From a virus (lineage: Duplodnaviria; Caudoviricetes), in IMG/VR virus record IMGVR_UViG_3300012232_000014, positions 1 to 56,447 of that record: a stretch of 56,447 bases of DNA. One strand, 5' to 3'. Made by a program: the position numbers and the translations under genes. Below the pieces are notes generated by a model. The model did no database searches. It saw nothing but the letters and a program-made list of their open reading frames with translations, and was not told the DNA's origin. This document shows positions 53,301-56,447 of this stretch, in pieces. Position 1 is the stretch's first letter, and every line of letters begins with the position of its first letter.

Positions 53301-54013
53301 GGAATCCCTCCTCGTCCGTCCACTCGGAAAGTACAGGTGTTCGGGGCATTGTTCAAAACATCACGGATGGAGATCCCCGGTTGACGACGGATATCTTCAC
53401 CACGCGTCAGTAGTGTATACTGGAATCCGTTCCGCAGTGTGGACGTTTCCACACCATCACTGATGACCACATCCACAAACCCGAGTGCATGGTTGGGTGT
53501 GATCGCTGAGATATGACCCGTATCGAATAACGTAATGTCGGTTGCGGCCGATCCACCGAACGTCACGGTATAGGTTGAAGTGGTTTGGAAGTTAATGCCG
53601 GCAATCAGCACCACCGTCCCTCCGGCAATCGGACCGTATGCCGGAAGCAGGCTGACGATGGTAGCTTGAACGTACGTGAATGCCGCTGTCAGTCGGCCAA
53701 CTTGTGTCTGGATCGTAATGATTACGTCCACCACGCCGACAGCATGAGCCGGAGTAGTGCACGTGATTGAATTCGCGCTGACCACCACCACACTGGTAGC
53801 CGGTGAACCGCCGAACGTGATGGCAGGTGCGGAGCCGTCATTCGCATACCGGAAGTTGAAACCGGTAATCGTGACGGCCGTACCGCCTATCGCTCGTCCA
53901 GCGTTCGGTGTGAGTGAAACAATCCGAGGAACAGTATCGTAGGCAGGTGTCCGATCAAATGGCGGACCATCTGTGCCGAACGGTTGCTGACTGTCAAACG
54001 GTCCAGACGGCAT
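50321..54013 (-). CDS. Large tail-tip protein: two IPT/TIG domains, hub region and C-terminal receptor-binding-like domain
   Basis: SLTPNAGRAIGGTAVTITGFNF and PAYGPIAGGTVVLIAG (IPT/TIG); LLFAGTV...WYIDYQMRLHFF; SQVRNRVNVRG. Confidence 0.85.
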   Translation of the reverse strand: MPSGPFDSQQPFGTDGPPFDRTPAYDTVPRIVSLTPNAGRAIGGTAVTITGFNFRYANDGSAPAITFGGSPATSVVVVSANSITCTTPAHAVGVVDVIITIQTQVGRLTAAFTYVQATIVSLLPAYGPIAGGTVVLIAGINFQTTSTYTVTFGGSAATDITLFDTGHISAITPNHALGFVDVVISDGVETSTLRNGFQYTLLTRGEDIRRQPGISIRDVLNNAPNTCTFRVDGRGGIPRYGEKIEIRDEFDGNRLLFAGTVLQVNQEYEEITSQLAWSATAQDFTWLLNKYRPVGSFKNMSASDVVKALAKFAPGFDFTTYVQTNLAKVTAEFDGSLEFSACLNAIAEAIGGGHWYIDYQMRLHFFHPPLTNSFIVILLTGPGTPVTLAEGSSITTVFSFKEGFYALWVSFVYDNGIETALSPLSNFVGMQGTKQFTITSIPTGAVIGAHTCTKRRLYYQFIGEDKITPVAKFCEIPDNVTVSLNTNFGSSGSSVTTVVDIAASVPLPSIPVAAPPAAPTPAPSVAQGTATVYRPQFPPLIGRHEVATYTRGPWAFKVSCVYQNGSESLPSPASNVVILENLSASLTNIPIGTAVNGVPVLGRKIYASFGQTNSKPFSQVVAELQDSVNRNALFDEYAWIIGVLDARRLQDLGTVPTNFNDLALLIGFGDTYALMESFVDPDWSPEHTRMWYFLADNTTTQAEIGPGTGEGFPTNSGEDPKIPVWPNPDGPYLENFNLPDDLTSSNTTLLHDPPLTMNLDVSQVRNRVNVRGGGSVVVYAAIIGGRELQIADCAFFSPTGGIVLVDSRVLAYTGLTAKSGPGRIQLRDPLTAAVADGANVRLFFQAEDPASQSIFASAELDANGLPTDGVHEYALDDTSLVNPFQLFMRAYAELELFSMPVIRINYATRDPKTRSGATIHVDLTNPPVKGDFLIQDVTIDQIHDESDALMPRYTVTATSVKFDLNDLLLKIINANSGPSLSGVVAVTQINESVASGTVDTGRDANVYVHGGGGSGVTYQNTGTNVVSALSTAAVFDPAEIDTDNGATNFSWATFNTAASINSSSGMGVTGGPWRQLERTFDLIMQIKTPIDLTNIGLWVGLALGTGIPAGATPTNQAAVTFRYRSGVDTGWVGLVQPLGVGAPSTVVQMAAIAPSKVYIMRIKSTPDSASFAIDGVTGFTTITRTDTNLPLGTGAGSSGAGLLAVTIGVSTQANVVKKLSFRMLRCRSIT

Positions 54014-54022
54014 CGACGACTC

Positions 54023-54589
54023 CTACTGCGGCAGGTTCCGGCTCATCAACGCGTACTGATGCAATGTACAAGTCCCAGTCGCTACCGTCTGGGTGAACTG
54101 TAAGTCCACTTGCTGAGAGACGGTAGAGTTGAAGTTGGCACCCACTGCGGGTGTCGTATTCCATGGCAAGATCGCGGTGAGTACACCCTTCGGTGCAGTC
54201 GCCGGAACTCCGAGAATGTCTTCGCAGGTCCATGTACCAATGCCGAACACATTGGCTGCCGTACCAATAGCACGGCAAGTCAGCAGGATGTCTAATTTCC
54301 AACCGACCGTGGTGTGTCCTGCAACGGTGTCGAGAAGAATCGCCTGACCGTCGAACACTACCGTGCCTCCCAGTCGGACATCAAACCGAGCCGTACCGGG
54401 AGTGGTGATGACGGATGAGATACGACCCGAGGCTTCAATGCGCAGTTGCTTGCCAATGGCACTGAAGAAATTTGCTGGCAACGTGTACAGTGCGGCAGGA
54501 GGCAACAGCGTCGTTGCGGCAGCGGCCGTAACAGCGGTACCATCTACTTGAGCCGTGATGAGCAGTTCTTCAAAACCCGCAGTTGCCAT
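54023..54589 (-). CDS. Minor tail / virion protein
   Basis: GGGAG RBS; directly after the TMP gene. Confidence 0.65.
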   Translation of the reverse strand: MATAGFEELLITAQVDGTAVTAAAATTLLPPAALYTLPANFFSAIGKQLRIEASGRISSVITTPGTARFDVRLGGTVVFDGQAILLDTVAGHTTVGWKLDILLTCRAIGTAANVFGIGTWTCEDILGVPATAPKGVLTAILPWNTTPAVGANFNSTVSQQVDLQFTQTVATGTCTLHQYALMSRNLPQ

Positions 54590-54602
54590 AGTCTACTCCC
54601 CT

Positions 54603-56447
54603 TTAGGCAGCACCGAATTTGCGTTGCATCTTAAGATCACGCATAAAGATCTGACTGATCTTCTTTGCCACATCTTCAGCAGATCCGTTTACGTAGAAAT
54701 GATTGGTAACCGAAGGCCCTGCATTCGATCCACCACCCAGGCCGGTTGGAAAGACCGTGGTCCCAAGAGGCACGCGCATCACTTCGGGTCCCTGTTCCCC
54801 GACCATGATATCGACCATGCCACCTTCAGCAAATCCTTTGGTTTTCTTTTTCGACTGGGCCTTGAGTTTTTCATACGCGTTCAGTAGTTGATGATACCGA
54901 ACTTCGATCTTGAGCCTTGCATAATACTCAGCTTCACTCTTGACCGGAATGTCCATCTGCCTCTGAAGGTTTTCAAGTTCCGCCAACAACGCGTCCGCCC
55001 CACCCGGTGTCCGATCAATCTCGAACTGTGTGAGTTCGGGAATCTGACTCGATCCTCCCTGTGATTGACGCTTCTGTGCTTCAGCAAGAGAGATGAATTC
55101 GCCAGAGAGAGTTTGGATCTTGATCGTCGTTTCGTTGATGGCATCCGATGCCGCTTTCTGACCGTCTACGATCGTGGTGCTCAGACCACGTGCGGCATCC
55201 TCGGCTTCCATCATTTTCAGACGCTGCTCCTCAATCGCTTCACGAGTGAAGTGTTGAGAGCCCATCGTCATCTCTTCGTAAGTGTTGCGCGCAACTTCCG
55301 CCTGTTGCTGCAAAGATTCGATGGAATGTGATGCGAGAAAATCCCAATCGACCATCACGTCATCGATCTTCTCTTTTGCAACGGCAGCCAACGCTTCGTA
55401 ATGAGCCTTCCAATTCTTATCACTGTCATCGAGCTTGCCAACTTCTGCATTGAACCACGCGTTGATGCCGGCGATCTGCGCATCGATCGTGGTCCCGGAA
55501 TGTTTCGTCCGCAAGGTAAAGTAGTCGTCCCAGAGTTTGGACGTTTCCTGGATGCTCTTCTCTTCAACCTTGAACGCAGCTTCCTCGGCCTTGATACGCG
55601 CCTCAGCAGCTTTCTTCGTTTCCTCAGCATGCTGTTTGGTCGTATCGATGAGATCCTTTACGGCCGTGGTGTTGGTGTTGGTGAGTTCCGCGATCTCCTT
55701 AATAGACACCCCGAACTTATTCAGTTCGAGGATTTGATCTTGTTGGGCTGCGGTGAGAGGAACTAACTGCTCATGCAGTTCCTTAAGTTTCTCTGCGGCC
55801 TTATCCGTCTCTTCAGCTTCATGTCCGGTAGCCTTGTTGACGAATTCAACCGCCTCAGCGTACTTGATCCCTTCTTCAGCACCAAGTGCCATGGCGTTAT
55901 TGATAACCGTTTGTTTGGCCGCAGCGGTTTCGGCTGCGAGAGCGTTCTCACCCAACCATCCGGCCACCGGTTTCAGCGAGACCAACTCAAAGGCCGTCAG
56001 CGCGACGTTGGCCATTGCCAACTTCATACGCTGCCATCCCAATGTCAACTCGTTGGTAACCGGCGCAACCTCACGACCGAGCACGGTCCAGACTTCTTCG
56101 GTCTCTGCTGCCATCTTCGACATCTCGAATCGAAATGCTTTGGCAGCTTCAACGTCCTTTTCTGTCCATGTATCGCCGAGTGCCGAACTCTCTTCAGTCA
56201 GATCATGCAGAGGTTTCAACAACAACGGAAGAATGTCTCGACCTTGACGACCGAAGATCTCGAAGGCTACCGCACTCTTGTTGACGTCACCTTCAGTAGA
56301 ACGCAATGCGTCACTGATTTTCAGGAACTGTTCGTCTGGCCGGAGCTCTCGAATCTGTCGAATGTTCAGTCCCAACTTCTGAAGACCTTTGTCAACGGCA
56401 TCACCGTTGTCTTCGATCCTCTTCTGGAACATGAACATCGAGTTGCC
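54603..56447 (-). CDS. Tape measure protein, main / C-terminal part
   Basis: GLQKLGL...PDEQFLKISDAL...AFEIFGRQGRDILPLL; long helical region; GFAEGG...VGEQGPE; open to the window edge. Confidence 0.92.
   Translation of the reverse strand, partial: GNSMFMFQKRIEDNGDAVDKGLQKLGLNIRQIRELRPDEQFLKISDALRSTEGDVNKSAVAFEIFGRQGRDILPLLLKPLHDLTEESSALGDTWTEKDVEAAKAFRFEMSKMAAETEEVWTVLGREVAPVTNELTLGWQRMKLAMANVALTAFELVSLKPVAGWLGENALAAETAAAKQTVINNAMALGAEEGIKYAEAVEFVNKATGHEAEETDKAAEKLKELHEQLVPLTAAQQDQILELNKFGVSIKEIAELTNTNTTAVKDLIDTTKQHAEETKKAAEARIKAEEAAFKVEEKSIQETSKLWDDYFTLRTKHSGTTIDAQIAGINAWFNAEVGKLDDSDKNWKAHYEALAAVAKEKIDDVMVDWDFLASHSIESLQQQAEVARNTYEEMTMGSQHFTREAIEEQRLKMMEAEDAARGLSTTIVDGQKAASDAINETTIKIQTLSGEFISLAEAQKRQSQGGSSQIPELTQFEIDRTPGGADALLAELENLQRQMDIPVKSEAEYYARLKIEVRYHQLLNAYEKLKAQSKKKTKGFAEGGMVDIMVGEQGPEVMRVPLGTTVFPTGLGGGSNAGPSVTNHFYVNGSAEDVAKKISQIFMRDLKMQRKFGAA

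Noticed and set aside
1-56447. Prophage, retroelement (DGR/retron), intron or intein
   Set aside because: No host genes, integrase, reverse transcriptase, homing endonuclease or intein motifs were seen; TerL, PolA and the helicase are of normal length.

Overview
The window is an essentially complete, circularly permuted genome of a long-tailed dsDNA phage (siphovirus-like Caudoviricetes). The cut falls inside the tape-measure gene, with the N-terminus at 1-274 and the remainder at 54603-56447. It has two arms. The minus-strand late arm runs 16604->1, wraps round, and continues 56447->48975: terminase, portal, an unusual block of fibre-like genes, scaffold, P22-like capsid, neck and tail genes with a -1 frameshifted chaperone, tape measure, an IPT/TIG tail protein and a lysis-position cassette. 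The plus-strand early/replication arm (17199-48653) has about 45 small genes, DNA ligase, SNF2-like helicase, RuvC, Cas4-like exonuclease, Sak4-like ATPase, SSB, family A polymerase and primase-helicase. I found no integrase, tRNA or CRISPR array. The strongest candidate for a novel system is a nucleotide-modification cluster at 37201-46472: FAD oxidoreductase, dUTPase/MazG-HAD fusion, ThyX homologue with an altered active site, VOC enzyme, Nmad1-like protein, SDR, and a PolA with altered motifs A/B. It suggests an uncharacterised modified pyrimidine. Other signals: at least 30 copies of the palindrome TCTCGAGA; a ~500-nt structured leader RNA containing an rrn-type boxA; three paralogous HARE-HTH-like proteins; several smaller structured RNAs; and two Trp-rich micropeptides. 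All family calls come from motif recognition by eye; no database searches were run.
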